Program-made: the position numbers and the translations under genes
Part shown: piece after piece, positions 10,880 to 21,174 of the stretch
Layout of the letters: the number at the start of each line of letters is the position of its first letter
Numbering within the stretch: the first letter of the stretch is position 1
Notes under the pieces: generated by a model
The model's database searches: none
Seen by the model: the letters and a program-made list of their open reading frames with translations, nothing else
What the model was told of the DNA's origin: nothing
Origin: an uncultured Shewanella sp.
GTDB taxonomy: Bacteria > Pseudomonadota > Gammaproteobacteria > Enterobacterales > Shewanellaceae
Reading direction: 5' to 3'
Assembly (NCBI RefSeq): GCF_947501665.1
Contig: NZ_CANMWS010000011.1
Coordinates: 1,382 to 65,381 of the forward strand
DNA length: 64,000 nucleotides

Positions 10880-11523
10880 TGAGTCAGCCTTGTCGTATTC
10901 TTGTGCTTATTTCTGGTAGTGGCAGTAATTTACAAGCTATCATGGATAGCTGTGATGATAATCCACAAGCTGATATCGTTGGGGTTATCAGTAACAACCC
11001 TAATGCCTACGGTTTAACACGTGCTCATATGGCTGAGGTCAACACCAGCTGTATTATTCCTCATCAAGGCGAAAACCGTCTTGAATATGACAAACGTCTC
11101 ATTCCAGTGATTGATCAATATCAGCCAGATTTAATCGTGTTGGCTGGTTTTATGCGTATTTTAAGTGATGAATTAGTGCTGAGATATGAAGGAAAAATGA
11201 TCAACATACATCCTTCTTTACTGCCTAAATATCCTGGTTTAAATACCCATAAAGCGGTATTAGCATCCAATGATAAAGAGCACGGGGCCAGTGTCCATTT
11301 CGTGATCCCCAAACTGGACGCTGGCCCCGTTATTTTACAGGCTAACGTTCCCGTTTTTGATGAAGACACACCAGACACCTTAACGGAACGCGTTCATGAA
11401 CAAGAACATCGAATTTATCCTTTAGTGGTTAAGTGGTTCAGTCTAGGTCGACTCAAAATGCATGCAAACCAAGCCTTTTTGGATGATCAATGTCTGCCTA
11501 TTAATGGCTACGCACCAGACTAG
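10879..11523 (+). CDS. purN: Phosphoribosylglycinamide formyltransferase
   Basis: 214 aa with ILVLISGSGSNLQA and INIHPSLLP motifs. Its start overlaps the purM stop. Confidence 0.93.
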   Translation: MSQPCRILVLISGSGSNLQAIMDSCDDNPQADIVGVISNNPNAYGLTRAHMAEVNTSCIIPHQGENRLEYDKRLIPVIDQYQPDLIVLAGFMRILSDELVLRYEGKMINIHPSLLPKYPGLNTHKAVLASNDKEHGASVHFVIPKLDAGPVILQANVPVFDEDTPDTLTERVHEQEHRIYPLVVKWFSLGRLKMHANQAFLDDQCLPINGYAPD

Positions 11524-11543
11524 TCCATAGTATCAAGCACCCT

Positions 11544-11580
11544 GCCACCATTTATTCTGTTTATCACGATAAATGGTGGC
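11544..11580 (+). terminator. Perfect 12-bp stem-loop after purN (terminator-like, no clear U-tract)
   Basis: GCCACCATTTAT - 13 nt - ATAAATGGTGGC. Confidence 0.4.
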
Positions 11581-11747
11581 TAATATTTCCCACTTTGCCT
11601 CTGCAATAATCCGTCCTTTTATCACAACATAATAAAAATCAAATACTCCCTTGCTTAACATGCCAAAAGCTCCTTGTTAATGCCGCTCCCTTCCAAAAAA
11701 TGATATACTTTGAAAGAGTTTATTTGGCAATCAAGTGGAAGTAATCA

Positions 11748-12494
11748 ATGAAAAATATTATCTGTGATATCGATGGCGTTCTTCTCCATGACAATAAGCT
11801 TATTCCTGGCAGCGATGTCTTCATTAAACGTATTTTAAAACAAGGAAATCCGCTTGTTTTATTGACAAACTATCCCGTTCAAACCGCAAAAGATCTTCAA
11901 AATAGACTCGGCGCAGCAGGTATCGCGATCCCTGAATCGCATTTTTATACCTCCGCCATGGCCACTGCGGATTTTTTAAAACATCAAGATGGTAGTAAAG
12001 CCTACGTCATTGGTGAAGGAGCCTTAACACATGAGCTTTATAAGGCTGGCTTTACGATCACCGATATTAATCCTGACTTTGTTATTGTCGGTGAAACACG
12101 CTCTTATAATTGGGATATGATCCACAAAGCAGCCAAATTTGTTGCTCAGGGTGCTCGGTTTATTGCCACAAACCCAGATACACATGGCCCCTCTTACAAT
12201 CCAGCTTGCGGAGCATTATGCGCCCCTATTGAAAGGATAAGTGGCCGTATGCCCTTTTATGTCGGTAAACCCAGTGCATGGATTATTCGTTCTGCACTGA
12301 ATCACCTTAAAGGCCACTCTGATAACACGATTATTATTGGTGATAATATGCATACTGATATCCTTGCCGGTTTTCAAGCTGGATTAGAAACCGTATTGGT
12401 TACCAGTGGCGTCAGTCAATCAAGTGATATTAACCAGCAGCCTTTTAGACCCAATCATATCTTTGATTGCGTGAAAGACATTAATATCGTTTAA
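11748..12494 (+). CDS. nagD: HAD-IIA phosphatase, NagD-like (ribonucleotide monophosphatase)
   Basis: 248 aa with the DIDGVL nucleophile motif, LTNY and GDN..TDI motifs, collinear with E. coli NagD. Confidence 0.8.
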   Translation: MKNIICDIDGVLLHDNKLIPGSDVFIKRILKQGNPLVLLTNYPVQTAKDLQNRLGAAGIAIPESHFYTSAMATADFLKHQDGSKAYVIGEGALTHELYKAGFTITDINPDFVIVGETRSYNWDMIHKAAKFVAQGARFIATNPDTHGPSYNPACGALCAPIERISGRMPFYVGKPSAWIIRSALNHLKGHSDNTIIIGDNMHTDILAGFQAGLETVLVTSGVSQSSDINQQPFRPNHIFDCVKDINIV

Positions 12495-12673
12495 TTGTTA
12501 TAAAAAAGCTTTATTTTTTAGAATAATAGGTACAATTTAAGTCGTCATAATTACATTCTCTTACAGTCTTTCATTTCTTTTAATTCCTCCAGAAAGGCAT
12601 AATACTCATTAGATTTTATTTAACATTAACTGTGGTTGTGATAAAAAGAACAAAAATTTAACAGGAAATAAAC

Positions 12674-14311
12674 ATGCGTGTATTCGTATTATTTTTATTA
12701 TTAATACAAATTATCGCTTGCAGCCCCAATGAAACTGCAAGCAGAACGTTATTTGATGAATCTCATTTTCGTCAAGATATTAAAATCCTTTCATCGGATA
12801 AATTTGAAGGTCGCGCGCCCAATACTTATGGGGAAAAACTCACCTTACAATTTCTCACTCGCTCCTTTGAAGAAATGGGCCTAAAAAAACCAAATGGTAA
12901 AAACTACTTACAAGCAGTCCCAATGATAAGTTACGCCGCTTCAAATGAGCAAACCATTCGATTAGGTGATCTAAACCTACAAAACCACCAAGACATTATG
13001 CTCAATAGTCGTCATGAACAAAAGAATATATCTATAGAACAAGCACCTTTAGTCTTTGTCGGTTATGGTATAAATGCACCAGAATACCATTGGAATGACT
13101 ACCGAGATCTGGATATGAAAGGCAAAATCGCATTAATTTTGGTCAACGATCCAGGGTTTAAACATCCTAACAGTGAATTATTTAATGGAAAGGCCATGAC
13201 CTATTATGGACGCTGGACTTATAAATTTGAAGAAGCCAGTCGCCAAGGTGCATTAGGTGCCATTATCATTCATCAATCTCAAGCAGCAGGCTATCCTTGG
13301 TCTGTCGTACAAAATAGCTGGAATGGCCCACAACACGATCTGCAACCCGATAAAAATGACAGCAATAATCGTGTATTAATCGAAGGCTGGCTCACCTTTG
13401 ATAGGGCTAAGCAGTTGTTTAAACAAGCAGGGTTTCCACTCAAAAATTTACTCGATAGAGCATCTGCCAGTGAAATTAACCTGCCTCTAAACATGACAGC
13501 TTCTATTTCATTTGAAAATAAAGTAAGTTATTCAACTAGTTACAATGTTATCGCCACACTACCAGGCTCAACACAGTCTGATGAACATATTCTATTCACT
13601 GCCCATTGGGATCATATCGGTACTGACAAACAAAAATCAGGCGATAATATTTATAATGGTGCCGTCGATAATGCTTCTGGTACTGCAGGGATGTTGGCCA
13701 TAGCCAGAGAATTTATCAAACAAGCAAAAGAAGATGGCCCACAAGCACGGTCTTTAACTTTCATTGCCACCACAGGAGAAGAACAAGGTTTATTAGGCTC
13801 TCGTTATTATGTTGATCATCCCATTTATCCACTCAGCGAAACCGTTGCTGTGTTTAATTTAGATAGCAGTAATATTTATGGTCCCACCACAGATTATATT
13901 ATCGTTGGCAAGGGTAAGTCTGAACTAGAAAATTATTTGATAAAAAACGTCACGCGACAACATCGTCATGCGATCAGTGAAGCCAAACCAGAAGTCGGTG
14001 GGTTCTTCCGCTCAGATCATTTCAGTTTTGCTAAAAAAGGTGTGCCAGCGGTGTTTGCTGGCGGCGGTAATCAACCCATTGATGAAGCAACTGCCATCAA
14101 AAAGGCACAAATGAAAAAGAATGTACAAGGCTGTTATCATGATATTTGTGATGAATACCGAGAAGATTGGGATTTACGCGGTGCACTGGAAGATCTCAAT
14201 GTATATTTTAATGCTGCAAATGAATTATCAGATAATAATGATTGGCCAGGTTTCTACGAAGGCACTGAATTTCACATATTAAGACCCGCACACCCTCCCG
14301 TTACCCATTAA
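12674..14311 (+). CDS. M28-family metallo-aminopeptidase with PA domain, lipoprotein
   Basis: Lipobox (IIACS), HWDHIG and GAVDNASG metal ligand motifs, and a PA-domain insertion. Confidence 0.8.
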   Translation: MRVFVLFLLLIQIIACSPNETASRTLFDESHFRQDIKILSSDKFEGRAPNTYGEKLTLQFLTRSFEEMGLKKPNGKNYLQAVPMISYAASNEQTIRLGDLNLQNHQDIMLNSRHEQKNISIEQAPLVFVGYGINAPEYHWNDYRDLDMKGKIALILVNDPGFKHPNSELFNGKAMTYYGRWTYKFEEASRQGALGAIIIHQSQAAGYPWSVVQNSWNGPQHDLQPDKNDSNNRVLIEGWLTFDRAKQLFKQAGFPLKNLLDRASASEINLPLNMTASISFENKVSYSTSYNVIATLPGSTQSDEHILFTAHWDHIGTDKQKSGDNIYNGAVDNASGTAGMLAIAREFIKQAKEDGPQARSLTFIATTGEEQGLLGSRYYVDHPIYPLSETVAVFNLDSSNIYGPTTDYIIVGKGKSELENYLIKNVTRQHRHAISEAKPEVGGFFRSDHFSFAKKGVPAVFAGGGNQPIDEATAIKKAQMKKNVQGCYHDICDEYREDWDLRGALEDLNVYFNAANELSDNNDWPGFYEGTEFHILRPAHPPVTH

Positions 14312-14369
14312 AAACGACTGTGCAAGTGACAGATCTTTAACGTGTCACTTGCCTTACTTTAGTTATACC

Positions 14370-14535
14370 AACCTGAACTCGGATTAAGCAGCGCCGTTAA
14401 ATATCACAATTTTAGCGCCTATCTGTGTTCTGCTTTCTACTCATAGCGGGCTATTAGGTACGAAACCCTGCCTTGATATCGACCAAAATATCGGCATTTA
14501 GAAAAAGATGACATAAATAAAAACACAAAAAATAT
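14370..14535 (+). repeat. MITE-family copy A (left TIR plus about 165 bp; second TIR not found)
   Basis: Starts with AACCTGAACTCGG. It aligns over about 165 bp with the reverse complement of 19858-20082. Confidence 0.8.
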
Positions 14536-14859
14536 AAATGCAAACAAGTAATACAAAAAACAAAACAAACTCACAAATTAACAACAAAAATAGTGTTATG
14601 GAGCATTATTCAATATTGTTACGCCTTCATTGCAGAACCCACAATCTTTGCCCCTCCAGCACTAGCAATTATCGTATAATATCAAAAAAAAACCATCTAA
14701 AATGAACAATCAATAATATTAAGCACATTTAAATGAGGATATCATCATTAAAATGCCACTTTTTATGAATAATTCCACTTTTTAAATTTGTAAAAAAAGC
14801 CACTTAATGTCACAGTAGACTCAATTCAATACCAGATTGCCCTGCTCAGGAGTTTTACT

Positions 14860-16524
14860 ATGTGTTCTATATTTGCCATTTTAGATATTCACTCAAATGT
14901 GACAGCACTGAGACAAGTTGCCCTTGAAATGTCAAAGTTACTGCGTCATCGTGGCCCTGATTGGTCAGGCATTTACAGCAGCGATAAAGCCATACTAGCC
15001 CACGAACGCCTCGCCATTGTAGACATTGATAACGGTGCTCAACCTCTAATCAGTCAAGATGGCAACCTTATTTTGGCTGTTAATGGAGAAATATATAACC
15101 ATAAAGCACTGAAAGCAGAACTCGGTGAAAAATATCAATATCAAACCCTGTCAGATTGCGAAGTCATTTTAGCCCTGTATCAAGAATACGGAGTCGATTT
15201 TCTTGATAAGCTTAATGGTATTTTTGCGTTTGTTCTCTATGACAAAAGCAAAGATACTTACCTCATTGGTCGAGATCATATGGGCATTATTCCTTTGTAC
15301 ACAGGGCGAGATGAAGATGGACAATTTTATGTTGCATCTGAAATGAAAGCCTTAATGCCTGTTTGCAAAACCGTTGATATTTTCAAACCTGGGCATTATC
15401 TGAGTAGTGAGCAGAGTGAACCTGTCCATTATTATCAACGAGACTGGCGAGCTTTTTCAGAAGTATCAGACAACGGCGCCAGTGTCGAAGCACTCCGTGA
15501 TGCATTAGAAGGTGCAGTTAAACGCCAGCTCATGTCAGATGTGCCTTATGGTGTACTGCTCTCGGGTGGACTTGATTCATCTGTGATCTCCGCTATTACC
15601 CAGACCTTTGCGAAGCGTCGTATAGAAAATAACAGTGAAACCAGTGCTTGGTGGCCACAATTACATTCTTTTGCCGTTGGTTTAGAAGGGGCACCGGATC
15701 TGATCGCAGCCAAAAAAGTAGCTGATGCCATTGGTACCATACACCATGAAATGACCTTTACTTTTCAAGATGGATTAGATGCATTAATTGATGTCATTTA
15801 TCACTTAGAAACCTATGATGTCACCACCATTCGCGCTGCAACGCCCATGTACTTAATGGCAAGAAAAATTAAAGCCATGGGCATTAAAATGGTGTTATCG
15901 GGTGAAGGCGCAGATGAGTTATTTGGTGGTTATCTGTATTTCCATAAAGCCCCAAATGCTCAGGCCTTTCATGAAGAGTTGGTCAGAAAACTGGATAAAC
16001 TCCATTTATATGATTGTTTACGGGCTAACAAAGCAATGGCTGCATGGGGCTTAGAAGCCCGCGTACCTTTCCTTGATAAAGAGTTTATGGATGTGGCTAT
16101 GCGTATTAACCCTGAAGCAAAAATGTCAAAAGATGGCCGTATTGAAAAACATATTCTACGAGAAGCGTTTGAACATAAGCTGCCAGAGTCTGTGGCTTGG
16201 CGACAAAAAGAACAATTCAGTGACGGTGTGGGCTACTCTTGGATTGATGGACTAAAAGATCATGCTGAGACACAAGTTAGCGATCAACAATTAGCCAACG
16301 CGGCATTTAAGTTTCCTCATAACACACCAGCCACGAAAGAAGCTTACTTTTATCGCTGCTTCTTTGAAACGCACTTCCCATTACCCAGTGCGGCAGAAAC
16401 GGTACCAGGTGGCAAATCCGTCGCTTGCTCAACACCAGAAGCGCTGGCATGGGATGAAAGTTTGCAAAACATTGTAGACCCTTCAGGTCGTGCCGTTCAA
16501 TCTGTTCATGATAGTGCCTACTAA
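14860..16524 (+). CDS. asnB: Asparagine synthetase B (glutamine-hydrolysing)
   Basis: MCSIFAIL Ntn-amidotransferase start and the SGGLDSS PP-loop; 554 aa. Confidence 0.95.
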   Translation: MCSIFAILDIHSNVTALRQVALEMSKLLRHRGPDWSGIYSSDKAILAHERLAIVDIDNGAQPLISQDGNLILAVNGEIYNHKALKAELGEKYQYQTLSDCEVILALYQEYGVDFLDKLNGIFAFVLYDKSKDTYLIGRDHMGIIPLYTGRDEDGQFYVASEMKALMPVCKTVDIFKPGHYLSSEQSEPVHYYQRDWRAFSEVSDNGASVEALRDALEGAVKRQLMSDVPYGVLLSGGLDSSVISAITQTFAKRRIENNSETSAWWPQLHSFAVGLEGAPDLIAAKKVADAIGTIHHEMTFTFQDGLDALIDVIYHLETYDVTTIRAATPMYLMARKIKAMGIKMVLSGEGADELFGGYLYFHKAPNAQAFHEELVRKLDKLHLYDCLRANKAMAAWGLEARVPFLDKEFMDVAMRINPEAKMSKDGRIEKHILREAFEHKLPESVAWRQKEQFSDGVGYSWIDGLKDHAETQVSDQQLANAAFKFPHNTPATKEAYFYRCFFETHFPLPSAAETVPGGKSVACSTPEALAWDESLQNIVDPSGRAVQSVHDSAY

Positions 16525-16776
16525 CTCCAAACACCATAAAATACCTGACATTAACTGTGCCGATATTGTTTATTCAATATCGGCAACTAGTCCTTCAATT
16601 TACCTCATAGCAAAGTACATGAGTCTCAAAGTTAGACCTACAACAAGATGCGCTTATAAGCAATTGTATAAATAGATTATTTACACCAGTTAATCGAACA
16701 CGTTACAGTATTAAACACATAAGGAAAAGCCTATTTGAAGCAATAAGGCTAATGACAGCAAGATTCTAGGACATCC

Positions 16777-17577
16777 ATGCGTTTTTACCATTTTTTACTC
16801 ATACTACTGCTTTCATCAAACCTGCCCTGTTACGCCGCCATTAACCCAGAACACATTCAATTGGGTGACATACTGATCAATAAAAACCATCAACAATGGT
16901 ATACCGTCCACATTGTTGCCTTAGACAAAAATGAACAGCAGCAAGCTGTTGCCCATAGCATTATCTATCAAAGCCAAAAACATCAACCCACACTGGCCAC
17001 ACTTGTTCGCAGTAATATTGCCAACCAACATGCCCAAATCGATATCAATGATTTCAAAGATTGGCATCGATTGGCTCACAAAAAGCCAACAGCCGCTGAG
17101 CTTAAAGGTTATATCCATTATCTCAAGCACACCCATTTTGAACGCTATGTGCATTTTACTGGACAAAATAAAGATAAAATTATCTCAACCTCCATGGCAT
17201 TTGACAAAAAAGCCAATGATGAGAAGCGCCTTGGCCACCTCGATAACGCCATCAATTTATACAAAAAGGCGATTTCACTCTACCCCAAAAACACCAGTTC
17301 GATGGAGCATTTAGCCTCCTTGTATATGGAAACTGATCGATATGAAAAAGCACTCACCTTATTTGAGACATCCTTAAACATTCACCCAAATAACAGTACC
17401 GGACAATTATTACTTGGCCAATGTTTACTGCACATGCAACGCTTTTATCAAGCCAAACGGATTTTTCAAGATGGTATTCATTTATTTCCAGAACAAAAAG
17501 CTTTGTTTGTTCACTATCATCAGTGTGCATTAGAAGAACAAAACAACCAATATCAAAGACAAGTAATGAATTTATGA
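16777..17577 (+). CDS. Secreted TPR-repeat protein, function unknown
   Basis: Signal peptide (LSSNLPCYA) and C-terminal TPR-like repeats (AINLYKKAISLYP..., ALTLFETSLNIHP...). Confidence 0.6.
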   Translation: MRFYHFLLILLLSSNLPCYAAINPEHIQLGDILINKNHQQWYTVHIVALDKNEQQQAVAHSIIYQSQKHQPTLATLVRSNIANQHAQIDINDFKDWHRLAHKKPTAAELKGYIHYLKHTHFERYVHFTGQNKDKIISTSMAFDKKANDEKRLGHLDNAINLYKKAISLYPKNTSSMEHLASLYMETDRYEKALTLFETSLNIHPNNSTGQLLLGQCLLHMQRFYQAKRIFQDGIHLFPEQKALFVHYHQCALEEQNNQYQRQVMNL

Positions 17578-17644
17578 AACATCTCATATTAAAAATAATA
17601 CCAATCTCAGTAAATTACACTGAAAATCAGAATATTCACCAAAT

Positions 17645-17716
17645 AACCTGAACGAGGATAAGCAGCGTCGCTAATAATACTATTTTGAATGGAGCGGTTT
17701 AACGCAAGTTCAAATT
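17645..17716 (+). repeat. Miniature (72-bp) member of the same MITE family
   Basis: AACCTGAACGAGGATAAGCAGCG... at the left end and ...CGCAAGTTCAAATT at the right. The left 45 nt align with copy A. Confidence 0.6.
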
Positions 17717-17727
17717 AAGTCATTAAC

Positions 17728-19722
17728 TCAGCTACTCAGCTCTGGTAAATGCTTAAAAAATGCCAACGATTCAGGGTTTTTAAGTGCATCGGTATTATTA
17801 ACGGGTAAGTTATGAATAACATTCCTCACCGCCAATTCAACAATTTTGCCTGATATTGTTTTTGGAATATCTGATACTTGAATTATCTTTGCTGGAACAT
17901 GTCGCTGAGTCGTATTATCTTTAATGGTTTGTTTAATGATATGAATAAGCTCTTCTTGTAATACCTTACCGTCACGTAATACCACAAACAATATTATTCG
18001 CACGTCTCCTTCCCAGGCTTGACCCACCGCAATAGACTCTAGAACGTCATCCACTTTTTCAACTTGACGATAAATCTCAGCAGTTCCAATACGTACCCCA
18101 CCAGGATTCAGTACCGCATCCGAACGCCCATAAATAATGACCCCTATTTGCGATTCATGTTCAACTAATTCGGCATAATCCCCTTGTGCCCATATATTGT
18201 CGTAACGCGAAAAGTACGCCTCATGATATTTATGACGAGCAGGATCGTTCCAAAAATACACCGGCATAGAAGGAAAAGGCTTAGTACACACTAACTCTCC
18301 CCTTGCATCTTTATCCTTATGCCCTATTAATGACTTTCCTTGTGGACTTAATACTTGCACAGACATCCCTAAACCAATGCATTGTAATTCGCCACGATAA
18401 ACAGGCAAAATAGGACAACCAAGTGCAAAGCAAGAAATGATATCGGTACCACCAGAGATACTCGATAAACAAAGATCAGATTTAATCTCTTGATAAACAT
18501 AATCAAAGCTTTCATGAACTAAAGGAGAGCCTGTCGACAACACTGTTTTTAGATGGCTTAAATTATGACTCATCCGTGGTTTGACACCCGCTTTTTCAAG
18601 CGCCGAAATGTATTTTGCACTGGTACCAAAGACAGTGACTTTCTCTTTTTCGGCAATATCCCAGAGTATTTCAGGGCTTGGGGAAAACGGTGAGCCGTCA
18701 TATAAAACAATGCACGCTCCTGTCATTAAACTCGACACAAGCCAATTCCACATCATCCACCCACAAGTGGTATAGTAAAAAATGGTGCTCTTGTCTGTTA
18801 AATCAGTATGAAACACCAATTCTTTATAATGCTGTAATAATGTTCCACCAGTATCATGTACAATACACTTAGGTACCCCCGTCGTTCCTGAGCTGTACAT
18901 AATATAAAGTGGATGTTCAAAAGCATTAGAAGTAAACACGATATCTTCATGTGCTAATGCTTGAATATCTGAATAAGAGTAACTCTTTGCTTTAATAAGA
19001 GGAAGCTGTTGCTTTATTTCTTCTGCGGATAACTGCACATTAATATAGGGGACAACAACAAGGTATTCGACGCTGTCTATATGAGGCAATATACGATTAA
19101 TGCGCTCAAGGTTATTTTGTGTCTTACCATTATAAATATATGCATCTGTGGTAATAATAACCTTAGGGGTTATTTGTCCAAACCTGTCTAATACGCCTTG
19201 AAAGCCAAAATCAGGTGAGCAACTTGACCAAATGGCGCCTAAGCTGGTGACAGCCAGCATAGAAATAACCGTTTCAGCAATATTAGGCATAAAACCTGCG
19301 ACTCGGTCTCCTTGGGTCACCCCTTTTGCTTTTAACCAATTGCTTAAGTTAGCCACTCGCACATATAGCTCAGCATAACTTAGCTTTTGCTGCCGTCCCC
19401 TTTCATCATAACTCACAATCGCCAGCTTATTGTCTCTTCGCCTGAGTAGATTTTCAGCAAAATTAAGTGTCGCTCCTTTGAACCAGACCGCTTTTTCTAA
19501 TTGCTTTGTATGTTCAAGCACACAAGTATAGGGGCTGTGAGAGACAAAACCAGCAAACTCCCACACATATTGCCAAAAAAGTGCCGGTTGATTAATCGAG
19601 AAGTGATATAAGGACATGTAATTGGAAAAAGAATGCCCATGTTGTTTTAAATAAGCCATAAATCGAGTGAGATTACACTGCTTTATGCTATCAAAAGAAG
19701 GCGTCCATAATGGTATAGCCAT
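17728..19722 (-). CDS. Acetoacetyl-CoA synthetase (acetoacetate-CoA ligase)
   Basis: 664 aa AMP-forming ligase with the YSSGTTGVPK motif. N-terminus and length are typical of AACS rather than Acs. Confidence 0.85.
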   Translation of the reverse strand: MAIPLWTPSFDSIKQCNLTRFMAYLKQHGHSFSNYMSLYHFSINQPALFWQYVWEFAGFVSHSPYTCVLEHTKQLEKAVWFKGATLNFAENLLRRRDNKLAIVSYDERGRQQKLSYAELYVRVANLSNWLKAKGVTQGDRVAGFMPNIAETVISMLAVTSLGAIWSSCSPDFGFQGVLDRFGQITPKVIITTDAYIYNGKTQNNLERINRILPHIDSVEYLVVVPYINVQLSAEEIKQQLPLIKAKSYSYSDIQALAHEDIVFTSNAFEHPLYIMYSSGTTGVPKCIVHDTGGTLLQHYKELVFHTDLTDKSTIFYYTTCGWMMWNWLVSSLMTGACIVLYDGSPFSPSPEILWDIAEKEKVTVFGTSAKYISALEKAGVKPRMSHNLSHLKTVLSTGSPLVHESFDYVYQEIKSDLCLSSISGGTDIISCFALGCPILPVYRGELQCIGLGMSVQVLSPQGKSLIGHKDKDARGELVCTKPFPSMPVYFWNDPARHKYHEAYFSRYDNIWAQGDYAELVEHESQIGVIIYGRSDAVLNPGGVRIGTAEIYRQVEKVDDVLESIAVGQAWEGDVRIILFVVLRDGKVLQEELIHIIKQTIKDNTTQRHVPAKIIQVSDIPKTISGKIVELAVRNVIHNLPVNNTDALKNPESLAFFKHLPELSS

Positions 19723-19857
19723 AACTTCAATCCATTGACGGTAAGTGCTTATATCAAATTTTAGTTTGTGTTTATCGCAATTGCACTCTCAATTTCCCCC
19801 GCTCAAAAATAAACCTCGTTGTTATTACGCTACTTTCATAACATTCAGCATCATTTT

Positions 19858-20082
19858 AACCTGAACTCGGGATAATGAATGTCTAGCTTAAAAATAATCA
19901 TGTAAAAATCAATTAATTAAATTGATTTTTTGTTTTTATTTTTGTCATTTTTTAATGCCAATATCTTGGTCGATATCAAGGCGGGATGTCTTACCTAATA
20001 GCCCGCAATGAGTAGAAAGCAGAACATAGATAGGGGTCAAAATAGCAATGTTTAACGGCCCAGCTTAACCCGAGTTCAGGTT
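19858..20082 (-). mobile_element. Complete MITE-like element (225 bp) with perfect 14-bp terminal inverted repeats
   Basis: AACCTGAACTCGGG at 19858-19871 and CCCGAGTTCAGGTT at 20069-20082. The interior is homologous to 14370-14535 in inverted orientation, with no ORF. Confidence 0.8.
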
Positions 20083-20099
20083 GATTTAGCAATATACAC

Positions 20100-20357
20100 T
20101 CATTTTGATGTTGCTGACTGTGATGATGAAAGTTTTGAAATGCCCACGCCCGCTATAATAAGCGCTCCCCCTAACATCATATTAAATGTGATCATTTCTT
20201 CTAAAAATATCGCTGAAAAAATAAAAGTGAATATAATAGACAAACTGAATAATAATGCCGCTGTGACTGTAGAGACTAATGCGGCGGCTTCATACCAGAA
20301 AATAAAAGCAAGTGCAGTCGGAAATATACCCAATAATAATAATAATCCTCCATCCAA
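20100..20357 (-). pseudogene. C-terminal EamA/DMT transporter fragment (probable gene remnant)
   Basis: Only about one EamA repeat is present (GIFPTALAFIFWYEAA...GGALIIAGV). The tracked ORF starts at TTG, and an in-frame stop lies about 18 codons upstream. It abuts the MITE. Confidence 0.5.
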
Positions 20358-20410
20358 TATGGTGATTGTAAAGTGAGAAAAACAAAGAGGGCGTCATTAA
20401 GACATAAAGA

Positions 20411-20797
20411 CTAAAATCTAAACTCAATACGCATTGTCACATAAACAGGCACAGCCAAAACATTCGACTCTGCTTTTTTATATTTTATTTTACTCAAAGC
20501 TTTCATTCCACTGTAATCCCACAAACCTTCAGGCTCAGATTTTACAATCTCAGGGTTAAAAACATGGCCATTTGAATCAATTAAATATTTAATTTCAACA
20601 AATCCATCAGTACCTTTAGGTGGCATTTTTTTCGGCCCAATATTCATCCTAAAATAGTCGTTATCTTGGATCCAATACTGTGCTAGTTCGATGGCATCAA
20701 CCTGTTTTGGATTTTGATTTAACTTTATCTCAGGGGGACTCACACAAGCCGATAGCAAGGAAAAAAACATCCCCGCTAATATTAATTTTAGTGTCAT
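20411..20797 (-). CDS. Lipoprotein with a TonB-C-terminal-like domain
   Basis: Lipobox (LLSAC) and a C-terminal GFVEIKYLIDSNGHVFNPEIVKSEP pattern resembling the TonB_C fold. Confidence 0.45.
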   Translation of the reverse strand: MTLKLILAGMFFSLLSACVSPPEIKLNQNPKQVDAIELAQYWIQDNDYFRMNIGPKKMPPKGTDGFVEIKYLIDSNGHVFNPEIVKSEPEGLWDYSGMKALSKIKYKKAESNVLAVPVYVTMRIEFRF

Positions 20798-21174
20798 ATT
20801 ATTCTCTTAATTATTTTATATTCTACTTCATATTGCATTAAGCGCATTACAAGTCACATAGCTTAATACACAACCCTATCACTATATTCATTATCAAAAC
20901 GTCATTAGCCTGACTATTAATAATCAAAACTCAATATAAGCATCTATCGTCAGGATCATTATAAAAAGTCATCTTATGAATTAACATCATTAATTTCAAC
21001 AATAAATCAACATTACAAATGTAAATTAAAAAGCATGCCCAAATAGCACCCAAACGGCATAATAAAAATACTATTTAGCACGTAACTATCTAAAAGTCGT
21101 ATACTTTCACTATTGAATTTAAAGCTTTCATTATTGATAATGCGCGCCCCTAAATAAACAATCACCTATAATCC

